Shown here in pieces: positions 52,327 to 64,000 of a DNA stretch of 64,000 nt. The stretch is taken from contig JAKMXF010000327.1 of assembly GCA_024704765.1 (NCBI GenBank), forward strand, positions 141,360-205,359, written 5' to 3'. Positions within the stretch are counted from its first letter, which is position 1; each line of letters opens with the position of its first letter. The stretch is from Oopsacas minuta (Eukaryota > Animalia > Porifera). The notes under the pieces are model-generated. The model was not told the DNA's origin, searched no databases, and worked only from the letters and a program-made list of their open reading frames with translations. A program made the position numbers and the translations under genes.

Positions 52327-52930
52327 ACGAGTGTTATCTTAGCAGCCGATTCAAATCCCCACTCAAACACCTTTTTCTCAAAAAGTATGAGTTCTATTTT
52401 GAAAAGAACCATATCAGTGTCAAGAAGAAAGTTGGTACATTTCATATCATCACTCATAATCGCCAAATTTTGCATGATGAGTAAGCAATTTTGCATTACA
52501 TTTTGGTCGAGGTTTTTTATTAATATCTCCTGAAATAATTGTGATAATAACTTATCATTTTAATCATTTTTACATCTCACTTGGTACATTGTGTATATCC
52601 AATTTGAAACTAATATAATTATTTTTGAAAAAGTTATGAACGCCCGGATTTTACATAGGAATTACATATACGATCAGTTTGTACTATCAATAATGAAGTA
52701 TGTATGACATTACAGTGTACGTAAATTTTGATGAGTATTTAGTATCATTTACAATTCTATAGTTCCAATTCTATTGTGGTTTTAGATAATAATTAGAAGA
52801 TATTTGAAATATAATAAATAACACAACACCATTGTCATGACAGTTATCATACATTATACAAAACATTACTTTTTGAATAGAAAAGAGTAAACAAATCGAA
52901 AAGTATTACAAGATACTAATTAACCAGATA

Positions 52931-54266
52931 CAGGGGCATTCAATATATACTAATCATCCTATATTTTTAATGTAATAGCAGTTCTAAGCTTGTATTTCTC
53001 AGTGCAATTATATAGAACCATATTTCAACTTTCTAACAAAACTTAGAGAGAGTTGATCACTTAATTATTTCCTAAGTTTCAGTTATTTTTAGAAACCTAC
53101 ATGTTCTCCTTTACATTTTTCATGGGTCCTTGTCCAAATTTTTCGGAACTTGAACAACGAACGTACATCAAATTTCGCACCATTCTCGAAATCTCTCCAA
53201 AGTCTATTCATGACGAGTTGGCAACGATATGTGGAGAAGATACTTTATCGTATTCAACTGTCAGAAGGTGGGTGAGCCAATTTAGGGAAGGTAGGACCTC
53301 TGTCCAAGACGCCCCTCGTCCTGGAGCACCAAAACTGGCGACCAACAATGACAAATTGAGTGAAGTAAAGGAATATGTCGCGTCTTTTCCGCATTCTTCG
53401 GTTGAGGAGGTAGCTAACTATGTTGGCATTTCAACGGGAAGTGCACACATAATTCTGAAGGCGGATTTAGAACTGAGGAAGGTCCAAGTGCGATGGGTAC
53501 CACATTGCTTAACTTTTCCACAAAAGGCCGCGAGACTCCAAATGGCTAAGGAAAACCTTGAAATTTATGAAGGAAGTGACCCTAGGCGGTTATTAGAGAT
53601 AGTAACAGGAGATGAAACATGGATACAATTCAAACCACTGATCAGAAAGCAAGATGGCACGGTATGGCTAAAGAAGGGAGAGGTTCCTCCAGCTGTTTGT
53701 GTGTCCGACTTCCGTGACCCGAAGGTCTTGTACTGCATATTTTTCGATGGCCCAGGTCCTGTAGCCCAAATCCCTGTTCCAAAAGGTCAGACACTCACAG
53801 GACAATTTTACGCAGATGTGGTGTTGCCTGAGGTCGAAAAACATTATCTTAAGCGTCGTCCAAAGACCGGAACTCGTGGTCTCAAAATTTTCCACGATGA
53901 TGCTAAACCGCATAAATCTTTGGCTGTAAGGCAAAAAATTAAAGATATGGGTATGCACGAAGTTCCACATCCACCTTACTCCCCTGATATAGCCCCATGT
54001 GACTTCTGGCTGTTTAGAAAACTCAAAGATAACGTCTCCGGATGCGAATTTGAGGATCGGCTCAGCCTCAGTCGGGCAATTTACAGATGCCTTGAAGTCA
54101 TTCCCAAGGATGAGTACAGAAAGACAGTTGAAAATTGGATTAAAAGGCTAAATTCAGTTGTAGCGTATAAAGGAGACTACTTTGAACATTCATAGCAAAA
54201 ACTACCAACTTTACACAAGTATTTATAGTTTTAGATGGTATGATTAGTATTTATTGAATGCCCCTG
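52931..54266 (+). mobile_element. Mariner (DD34D) element, full length, nested inside the NOF-type MULE
   Basis: 27-bp TIRs CAGGGGCATTCAATA(T/A)ATACTAATCAT (1 mismatch) and TA TSD at 52929-52930 and 54267-54268. Confidence 0.96.
53101..54195 (+). CDS. Mariner transposase, uninterrupted ORF (364 aa; true start may be the second Met, 53122)
   Basis: EQRTYIKF, WVPH, TGDETW, HDDAKPH and YSPDIAPCDF; 34 residues between the 2nd and 3rd Asp. Confidence 0.93.
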   Translation: MFSFTFFMGPCPNFSELEQRTYIKFRTILEISPKSIHDELATICGEDTLSYSTVRRWVSQFREGRTSVQDAPRPGAPKLATNNDKLSEVKEYVASFPHSSVEEVANYVGISTGSAHIILKADLELRKVQVRWVPHCLTFPQKAARLQMAKENLEIYEGSDPRRLLEIVTGDETWIQFKPLIRKQDGTVWLKKGEVPPAVCVSDFRDPKVLYCIFFDGPGPVAQIPVPKGQTLTGQFYADVVLPEVEKHYLKRRPKTGTRGLKIFHDDAKPHKSLAVRQKIKDMGMHEVPHPPYSPDIAPCDFWLFRKLKDNVSGCEFEDRLSLSRAIYRCLEVIPKDEYRKTVENWIKRLNSVVAYKGDYFEHS

Positions 54267-55058
54267 TATTATAGTTTGTCTGTCTATCTTTTCTGTATTG
54301 AACTGATTGATGAACTAATGAGAAATACTGATCGAATTTCCCTTGTCTATTAGAACAGGCTAAACCTAAAACAGGTGGTACTATTTATGCAAAATCTTTA
54401 CAGCTATATAAGGAAGATTAACAAATGTCTTGATCAGATAAGATTTGAAGAGACGATCAACACTTCGATTTGTAATTATCAATGCCAGAATGGTAAGAGA
54501 ATCGAGAGTTAACTCCAGGACATGGGTCTCCAAATGAATGCTCCAAAAATAGATAATAACTTCTTTCTGATTCAAATTTGTACAAATTATAAAATAAATG
54601 TTAGTAAGAGAGATTTGCAGATATAATTCATAGATTGATTAAGATAATTGTAAGGATAAGAATATAGATTTTCATGTTCATTGTTTACTTTACTATGAAT
54701 ATATCTCCCAGAACTTTACATATTGGTGTTGTGTTAGTTGCCAAATCCTGCGTAATATAATCCAGCTTTTAAACGTATCTTGGTTAGAGGAAAGGTCATA
54801 AAATAGTTCCATATAATCCAACTGTCGATACATATACGTATATACATACATTTGTGATTTTTGTCGCAATCAATTTACATATTTAGATGAGATCTCACAA
54901 AATATTCAAGATTCATTTATACAAAATATTTATTGATAGAATTACTCACAAAATATTCAAGTTCCATTTATACAAAATATTTATTGTTTCACTAATAATT
55001 TTGTTGGTAAATATATAATTTTCGCTGCCATAAATTGAAACCAATGATTGGGTTGCTT

Positions 55059-58000
55059 TTAATAATAAATTAGAGATAGTATGGGCTGGTAATGATTACT
55101 TAAATTCTGAATATATAAACCATTTGAAGTTGGCTCCTTTAATAATTGATCAAAACTTGATCCATTACCTGAAAACCCAGCCCAACGAGTTCCAGGAGCC
55201 CAAAAACACCCAAATATCTATATTAAATAACAACGAAGTTGCAAATACCTCTAAGTCAGTAGCCCATTTCCCAACCATATTCATCCCTATTTTATTTACC
55301 CAATCCTGAATATTCCTAAAATTACTTTGAGTATAAACATACTTAGTATACAAAAACGCATTACAACTCGCACTTAATTTACCAACCATGTTTTCAACGA
55401 TAATTTCCCGTAATTCTTATGATAGGGTTTACTACCTGTTATTAGATAAGAAATTGTAGAAAAATAACAGTTTCCATCACCTGATATTGTTTCTGTTGTT
55501 CCGGGATTATATACATATAATCCTTCACCATTATCAATTAAATTATCTAAAGAATAGACAATCTGATTACTATAATGTAGTTTCCATTTCTTACAGGTAG
55601 CAATTTGCCATTCAACGTGTGGTGGACGAAAGCTTGGTATAATATATCGTATTATACTTGACTCTACCAATTCTTCATCAGTAATTATTGACGCAGTCTT
55701 AATTTCTGGTGATTTGCAAATCATACGTAAAGTAGACAACTTCTGACGCTTAATAGGGATTAATTTATCTTTTACGATAGTTTTATCTCTATTAAATTGA
55801 GGAAATTCATATGTTTTCGACTTCAAATAGCCACAATGCTGTTTCTTTTTCCTGGACCATTCTTCATTACATTTTTCTTCTGAAATATCTCTTATTCGCT
55901 TACGACCTTTAAAAAATTTATCAGCTCTGGGATGAAAAGTAAAATTGAAAGCGGAAATTCTACTAGTTATACCGGGATATAATACTCTAATGAAATCTCC
56001 AGGCCTCAAATTTGATTTCGAATTCAAAATATCTAATTTAACTATACGCATCCAGTTCTCTACAATGGCGTTACTATAATACGAATAATTATTTCCAACT
56101 GAAAGACTGTGGGGGCCTAATATAATACCACTCCATAATGGCAGAATAGGTAAGTAGTAAGTTAAAATATATTCTATAAGGCTAGGATAATAGCAAGGAT
56201 TCGAATCAAATGTTTTGGTGTGATTATTGTTGATAGCATTTTCACATTGTTTACTTATATATGCAAAATGTTTACCAAAGGGAGATCTGTCTCTTAGGGT
56301 CTTACCGTCCTTAATATCGATGGGATCATTATCACAATCCTCATCATATAAACTTTCATTTGTATCATCTAAATCAGAATAACTGTCACTAATATAATAC
56401 TCTAATGTCTTAATATTGCTTAATACATGTTCATTCATATATTTACTCTTAAACACATAACACAAGGAAGTAAACACACAACTTATTTGAGTAATATTAG
56501 TACAACGCACCAGATATCCAAAGGAATACAAAAACAACTTTCTCACTTCTTTTTTTAACTTAAATTTCCTATTAATGTGAAAGCCAATACCATGCATTAT
56601 ATGGGCAGAACATAAATGGAGAATCAATTTTAATTCTAGTTCCTGATTGGCAGAATTTGTATCTACTCTATTCCAACATTTATCAAGATATGTATCGATG
56701 TCACATTTAAGAAAAGCATTACACACACTATGAATTAACGCCCAGCTGAAATCTATCTCAACTTGTCCTATGTTAATATTATAACCTAATATTTTCTTTG
56801 TATCAAGATACCATTTGTGTAGAAAATAACTAATCTCAGCGCTAGTATGACCAGAACTGATCATCTCTGCCAGAGGTACGGGACTGGTAGAACAAGTTGG
56901 ATGTTGTGCTGTGAGAGCATAATAAAATACTTTGTGCTGGGAAGGTTCAATCTTTCGAATGATTGAGCCAGTAGCATCTAAGTGAAGAATTATGCTTTTA
57001 TCTTTAAAACATTTTAATATTTTAATTTGGTCTTCAGTATATAAATGAATAATAAAGGGGTTATGTCCTAATGACTGAATGTACCCTCTAACATTACTAC
57101 CCACTATAACATTCCGATAATACTGTTGTAAACTAATCAATTCACTCCAATTATCATTAGAGAACCTCTGTAAACTTGACAATCAAATTTTGCCTTCCTT
57201 AATACAGCAGCGCTTTTAATTTTATTTAGATTGCCGAAATTAAGCCTAAATTTCTATTTTCTGTAGACTCGAATTGGTTATAGAAATATTTACTTACAGA
57301 TGTGTTTGCTATTTGTGTTGCTACTTTTAACCTAATAGAATTACACAATTTTCTTGCGTAAACAATATTATTATCTAAATGTTCATCAGATAAAATACCA
57401 GAAACTATGTAATTCACGATAATACAATCATTAGTGTGACTTTCGAGAGGATTCTTATTAATAATGAATGTAAAAGTAAAACAATTGCGAAATTTACACT
57501 CTGCATTTGCTCTAAAAAAACAAATGTTCAGTTTTCTACTTTTAGATTTGTTTATTTTGTGGTATTTAAAACAAAGTACACAATGAAATATTCCTTCCAA
57601 TTTGGAATTAAATAAGTTAGTCCAATCTTTTGAAAGTATAACACGATCACCCACGATTCTAGTAATATTTTCCCATTCTATAAAGTTAAGTAAAAAGCTA
57701 CCCGTACTTTGTTCCATAGTGCTGGATTCGTCAATGATTACCTCATTCAGAATATCACCATCACCTAGGGTTGGGACAAGTAACACATGATTAACGTTAT
57801 ATTTATCGATGACAACACTAGTTTCTGAGTGACCAATATCAAGTGCAAGTTTAGATAACATGTTTGGATGTGAATCAACTAACAACGGAATTTTTGAAGA
57901 GTTAACCGTGCCTAGTTTTTCTGATAGAGTTGAATGAAATGAAAATATTAGATCCATATTTTCTCGAATTGATAAAGCAAAGTTAAGAAATTCCTCGAGT

Positions 58001-58866
58001 TGTGCAACTGTGATAATGAGATAAGCACTTCCAAACAAATCCAAAATTCGACAGTTGATGTTGCCAACTAATATCCATGCTTCTAATAAGCAACTATCTC
58101 TCTTAACAAGCCTGAAGTTTCTTAGGTGCTCATATAAAAACTCATTAAATTTTTTGAACTCCTCATAGATTATCCCATTAATGAGCATGAATTCGCCACT
58201 AATGCGAGGACATTCTGACCCTAAAAATTTCAGTGCGTCTAACCATAGAAGATTATCACAATCAATGTACGTCCAAAAGAGGGTATCGGTGACCTCAGTC
58301 TGAGGAGGAGAAGAAGACAGGGTACTCTTCAAACTATATAGTTCAGGTTGTTCGCAACCAGATGCCAATAAGCCTAATAATTTGCTATTTGACACTTCCC
58401 GCTCCAAGCTATCTACACTAAAATCTGTGTCTAATTGACTACTACTAATATTACTAGGATCTAAACTATTAACATAAATACTATCTGAATCTAACCTGGT
58501 GCTAACGTGTTCTACAGCCAACTGGAATATATCAGTACCGGAATCGCTATTCAACTTACGGCTATTACCTTCCATACTTTGTTTTATATGATACTGAAAA
58601 TGATTGCGATTTAGTTTCCATTTTAAGTAGAGAGGAGCACGAGTGTTTGGCTTATTCTTATTGAATATGAGAATGGATAACTTTCCCCATACTGACTTCG
58701 CCCTTCGCTTGTCTCCGTTATCCAAGGCTGCCTTAAGTTTATCAAATCATTCTAGCCCAGTTGGGTAATTGCAGTTACAAATTGTTCCAGAGATGTCATG
58801 GTTGGAAGTAAGAACACAATCTATGCCAAAAAGAACGACTAATATTCTGGCACATTTTGCATATAA
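55059..58866 (-). pseudogene. NOF-like MULE transposase with C-terminal OTU-like cysteine protease domain (~1270 codons when reconstructed)
   Basis: LHLDATG, EIDFSWAL, LCSAH and IVENW (D-D-CxxH-E), then ISGDGNCYF...WATDLEVFATSLLFNIDIWVF...LYIQNLSNHYQPI. Disrupted by TGA at 58747-58749 and four 1-bp indels (~57240, ~57181, ~55414, ~55175); allowing for these gives 3810 nt, a multiple of 3. Confidence 0.82.
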
Positions 58867-59862
58867 CTACAGTTAACTCTCCTTATATCGGAAACAAGGA
58901 ACCGCAATAATCACTTCTATATACGCGGATTTCAATATAACCGATGACATTTATGTTTTTTAACGATTTGTGACTATATTTGTATAATCTCAGACTTCGA
59001 TATAGCGAGGATTTCTAATTATCCATGTTCGATATACCGGGAGTTGACTGTGTAACATTACAAAATTAATTAAGAAAGATACTCACATGATTGAAATGAA
59101 ATGAATTTAGTAGGACGGTTCTGTGAGGAAAATTTGTGGAAGAAATGAAGTTGAAATAAAATAAAGTTGAAGAATATCAAAAGTATTAAGGTTGTGAAAA
59201 ACGAAATAAATCAATTACAGTGTTACAAATGCTTGTTGATTGATATTACATTCTTAATTTAATACTAAGTTCAAAAATCTAAACTGACATAACTGGTCCT
59301 AATAATTGAGAAGGAATACATTTGACCTCAAGAATTTAGTCATCATAAGTAAATTTACACTAAGAATATTCAAGTAATCAATACATAGCTACAAAGCATA
59401 CAAATCATCAAGCAAAAACTGGTCGTCTATGTAATTCCTATGTAAAGTTCGGGCGTTCATAACTATTTCAAAAATAATTATTTTAATTTCAAATTGGATA
59501 TACACAATGTACCAAGTGAGATGTAAAAATGATTAAAATGATAAGTTATTATCACAATTATTTCAGGAGATATTAATAAAAAACCTCGACCAAAATGTAA
59601 TGCAAAATTGCTTACTCATCATGCAAAATTTGGCGATTATGAGTGATGATATGAAATGTACCAACTTTCTTCTTGACACTGATATGGTTCTTTTCAAAAT
59701 AGAACTCATACTTTTTGAGAAAAAGGTGTTTGAGTGGGGATTTGAATCGGCTGCTGAATCGGCTGCTAAGATAACACTCGTGAAGTTGGGGTATAGAACC
59801 TATTTGTTGGAGTGTTTTGACCATAATTCTAGGGACAATAGAGTTATAAGTGGATATTGCCC

Positions 59863-61581
59863 TAACGGAGTGCATGCATTTGTTAGAATTTCTACAGTTT
59901 GCACTTGTTAGAATGAGTTTTTCATATGTTTGCACTTGTTAGAATGGTTTTTTCGTATGTTTACATTTGTTAGAATGAGTTTTTCATATGTTTGTACTTG
60001 TTAGAAAGATGTTTGCATTTTAGAATGGGGCTTCTTACTAAATGAATATGAATGAGTTTAATAGACTGAAACACACCAATAACTTGAATTAGAATTAATT
60101 AATAAATATTTGAAATGTGTCCTCAATATCTGAGCGACACATAGGCCACGGCTGGCCTAGATCATTAATCCTCTGGCTGCATCTAGTACAACAACAAGCG
60201 TGCCTGCAAGGCATGAATATCCAAGTGGCTGTACAATTACCCAAACAAACAATGCATTTGTTTTCTTCTGTAGGCCCTTCATCTGCGGATTCGTTGTCCG
60301 AAAATTCGCTATCGCTCGAGGTCAGAGTGCAGTGAGAATATGAATTTCCAATAGTGTGGCTGATAGCTTCCAGGAACTGCCAAGGATTGTAATCTCCGTT
60401 ACTTAACTTTTGCTTCAAAGTACACCTACGTTCAAAGTTCATTAAATTATTCCTTTTGGGGGGCCTACTAATTTATTTGTCTTGGCACAAACGACCAACA
60501 TCATTGTCCACATCCTGAATTATGCTGTTTAGACTCAAATAAAACTCTATATCCTAGGATGACTTGTACGTATATTTGACTTGAGTTCTGAAGGGTAACT
60601 TTCGGAACCAGGTCGAAAGTGAGAAATATTTTGCGAAATGCTTTCCAGTATAGCTTGATATAGCTGTTGGTTTTTTCCGATCAATAAGCAGTGTATCGCA
60701 GGTAGAGTGTGCCTTCCCACTGAAATGAAAATAGTCCACAACTGATAAAATTGAATGGGTACAGTAAAGAATGTTCCATCGTATTGTATGTTGGTAATTT
60801 GTGATAAAAAATCTTTCATCGGCTCTGAAAAGAATACCACACCAAGTCCATTGCCAACAGAAACGCTAAATTTGTAATACTTCCCGAAGTTTGTAGTTGT
60901 TATCACTAAATTCCAAAGCTGTCTGAGAGATCTTAGGTTCTAGAGTTTTTCTCGCTCGAAACATGGTTGATTCGCAATCGGAAAAAGATATTTCACATCC
61001 CCGTGGATCATCTCTTGTCACATCATCAAAAACCTCCTGGAGATTCCTTTGCGAGTTTCTTGCAACTATCCTACATTTTGTTTTGAGAGCGAATAATTCC
61101 GGTTTTACGCCTCACAGTCATGATTATGCGAATTTATGGGAGTAAACAGATCTCTTTCACGATTGACTTTACATCTTCCTTTGCAACCACCTCTGAATAA
61201 AGCACACCTTAGGTAAACAAAATTGACATTTGATTTAGAAAGAATGTATTTGTTTCCATCTGACGTAGTGAAAACCTTTCCAACAGTACGTTTGTATTCC
61301 TCCAATGTATATTCCATCAAATTAATTAGTTGTACGTAAATATATACCAGAGACAAAAAAGGTTATTAAATACGATTCAGATGGGAAACTTGTTTGGTTC
61401 CTCCAGAAAGATCAAATTCAGTGACAAACAACAATATTTTAGGCTGATTTGATGAAGGCGTTGGAGTTGTGCATTCAACACTACATCATGAATGAACCAT
61501 TCTAACAAATGCAAACATATGAAAAACTCATTCTAACAAGTGCAAACTGTAGAAATTCTAACAAATGCTGCCCTCCATTTA
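59863..61581 (-). mobile_element. Degenerate MULE: FLYWCH-like N-terminus, MULE core, C-terminal RING finger
   Basis: Inverted ends built from ~30-bp CA(C/T)TTGTTAGAAT subrepeats (59876-60028; 61497-61568). ORF pieces: 61105-61356 (YLRC...CKGRC...HNH), 60547-60906 (YDGTFFTVPIQFYQLWTI) and 60095-60442 (CIVC...FMPCRHACCCTRC...WPMCR). No TSD found. Confidence 0.8.
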
Positions 61582-61984
61582 CCGTACATTACTATATCCC
61601 TAGTCCAAAATTCGATATTCATGGTAGCCCTGATATAAAGAAGGCTATGGCCATTGTTATTGTGGATTGAAATAAGTTTATGTACAATCAATACACCAGG
61701 TAAGGTTTTATCAGACAGCAACGCTCGTGTTGAATATTGGTTTAGGATAGTTGAGCATAGCATATATACTTCTGAAACAAGAATGAGATCCGTTGATTTC
61801 ATCAAGTCAATGAATCTAAATATTTGAAGATAGAATTGCAGTGTATAATTTGCTTTTGTGCCTTTTGTAAATAATTAGAAAGAAAAGAAAATGAAATGAA
61901 GAAAATTGTAGGGATGAATGCTCTAAAATGAAAAAGACCAATTTAGCTATAGTAAACCTTCCGATGTAAATATTCTAAAGGCAT

Positions 61985-63700
61985 TTGAAAGAACTTGTTT
62001 CAGAGGAATTAATAACGGTCCTATCGAAAGAGAGGCTAGAGAGAAATCAAATAAATGAGACTACTAACAGTAATCCTTCAGTAGTATCTAGAGAATATAT
62101 ACCCATATTGGATAAAGGAGAGCCCTCAATTACGATTTTGATTCGAATGATGGAGTTTCACTCTCAGTTGATCTAAATGAGTCTGGTTTTCAACATTGTG
62201 TTACTCATGAATCTCAAAAAGATGATAAACTAATTCAAAAATCCCTACATAAGGGTAGCAATATTGCTTCTTTCAAGACAACGCATAACATTGTAGAATC
62301 AGAATTATTGAATTCAAGCAAACTTCCGCCACGTCCCGCAGAGAATAACTTTGCTGCTCCAAGCTTGACATACGTTGACTCAAGAGGATATTGCCAACCG
62401 TTTGAATTCGTTTATGCTAACAAAGGGTGGATATGGCAGGAGAATTAATCTTGTCAAAGGGGATATGTTCTTTTCGTAGTTTAATTAAAGAAATAGGTTG
62501 GAATCATTTCTGGAATCCTCACTCTCTGAACGAATATGTAACAAAAGTAGAAGACGATAATCTTCTCCATCAACTATTTACGGATGGCTTTGTGTTTATG
62601 AGAGGTTCATAGATTTCCTCAGTATTGAAATACTTGCTTTTCCCCATCAGAGCACACAATGAAAGCTGTTGCTGCTATTTGGTGTAATCTAAAGGAGAGC
62701 CTAAACGAAGATAGACATATAAGAAACAAAACAACTATAGTAATTAGCCGGGAAAGTATGCCAATATCATTTTCTATTCTTCAAAAGTGGCGTTCACACC
62801 GTGAAACTGTAATCGTGAAGACGATATTTCTTGAAGTTACGACTAATGTTGTTTTACTAAATGAAAGGTATTTGTTGATCTCCGATATTGCCTGATTGTA
62901 AAAATTATATTAGCTAATACCCAACGTTCTGGAATTATCGAAGGAATGTTGATTAAGAGGTGTTGAATGCAAAATCCGATGTAATACTGATAACAGTCAT
63001 GTCATGTCATATCATGTCATTTCTGTTCAAAATCACAATACAGGGTATAAATAGGCTGCCATGATATTTCTTCAAGATGACATTTATCATTTTCTTTGCC
63101 AATATGTAACTCTATTACTCCGGTCTTTGCCACTTTTTGGGCCGGAAAGAGATTTACCCGACAGTGGAGTATTCCGAACATGGCGTTCTAACTCTCTTCC
63201 TTGGAAAACTATTTGTCATTGTTTGCCTTCTGGTTTACTACTTTACGACATAGTTGATCAGACTAGCTGCTGCCCACTCAGTATCGTAAGGGTGCATCCA
63301 CACTACAGCCTTGCGATACTGAGTATGTATAATCCTTCTATGCAAGAATCAATAAGTCAATTCATGTGTCATGAACCTAACACAGGTGAGGGATACAATA
63401 GACATCACATATCATACCGCCACATCTCCTCAGTATTTACTGAGTTAGCTAAATGTCAACCTAATAGTGATGAAGCTACAATGTCGATGAAATCGATATT
63501 CCCAAATCGATGGACCCAGTTTCATTGAGTGAGGATGTTGATAAGTTATCTTCCTGCTGTATCAATAACAGTTGCCTTACATACTCTGATAGATAAGATC
63601 ATTCGTCGAAATGATATCGCTGGAGAATTATACAATTGGTGAAGAAATACAAGTCGTGACTGAAAATTCCAATATTCGGGATATCAAATCACCTGATACT
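61985..63700 (+). pseudogene. Degraded, apparently intronless coding region, product unidentified
   Basis: Successive protein-like + frames: 61985-62176, an unlisted ~100-codon frame at ~62115-62447 (DGVSLSVDLNESG...PFEFVYANKG), 62427-62612, and 63061-63528. The last reads on past its TGA (QFH*VRMLISYLPAVSITVALHTLIDKIIRR). Confidence 0.4.
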
Positions 63701-64000
63701 TCTGATTATACGTACAAGTATTGCAGTCCTTGAGGAATAATTTCCCTATAAGTCAAAATATTCTCGTAATTGCAATGGTAAGAGTATTTTTACGAATCAA
63801 TATTAAGAATACTATTTTATCTGAACATTTGAATTCCTAATCGGGGAATCGTCATTTCACGGCAGCACCGGATTTAGGAGTGTTCGGAGTGTGCGGCTGA
63901 ACAGGGCTCCACATTTAGGGGGCCCCACAACTCAAAGTCATTAATTTTATATACACTGTAACTCTACTTTATTCACTATAAATCTTATGCTAGAAATAAT

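Larger units (their letters stand above)
52327..59781 (-). mobile_element. NOF-FB-type Mutator element, structurally complete (7455 bp including a nested mariner)
   Basis: TIRs 52327-~52680 and ~59416-59781 start ACGAGTGTTATCTTAGCAGCCGATTC; the outer ~270 bp look identical except for a 12-bp duplication in the right TIR. Perfect 9-bp TSD GAAGTTGGG at 52318-52326 and 59782-59790. Confidence 0.92.

Noticed and set aside
52215-59935. Duplicate ORFs MQNCLLIMQ... (52215-52496, 59600-59911) and their antisense partners
   Set aside because: These are chance ORFs within the two TIR copies; their identity only reflects TIR identity.
59876-60028. CA(C/T)TTGTTAGAAT repeats with variable intervening bases, superficially CRISPR-like
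   Set aside because: The intervening segments are short, similar to each other and mirrored in inverted form at 61497-61568. They are TIR subrepeats of a MULE in a eukaryotic context, with no cas genes.

Overview
AT-rich animal genomic DNA. The mix of intron-poor housekeeping genes and one intron-containing T-box gene is reminiscent of a sponge such as a hexactinellid; the taxon is inference only. Host genes: a multi-exon T-box transcription factor (+, exons 11288-20995, N-terminal exon not located), intronless CERT1 (-, 29940-32042), an intronless and divergent RPL23/uL14 (-, 40699-41121), a CFAP119-like ORF (-, 51059-51613), and two degraded coding regions of unknown product at the window ends. 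Much of the rest is DNA transposons, often nested. The most notable is a structurally complete 7.45-kb NOF-FB-type Mutator element (52327-59781; ~355-bp TIRs, perfect 9-bp TSD) whose reconstructed ~1270-codon transposase ends in an OTU protease domain; it carries an intact mariner and sits inside a foldback MITE. Also present: a pogo-type element with a separate HIRAN-domain ORF, a MULE ending in a RING finger, a four-level nest at 25.8-29.4 kb, Chapaev3-like and hAT relics, three mariners, many MITEs or hairpins, and several satellites. I saw no rRNA, tRNA or CRISPR array.
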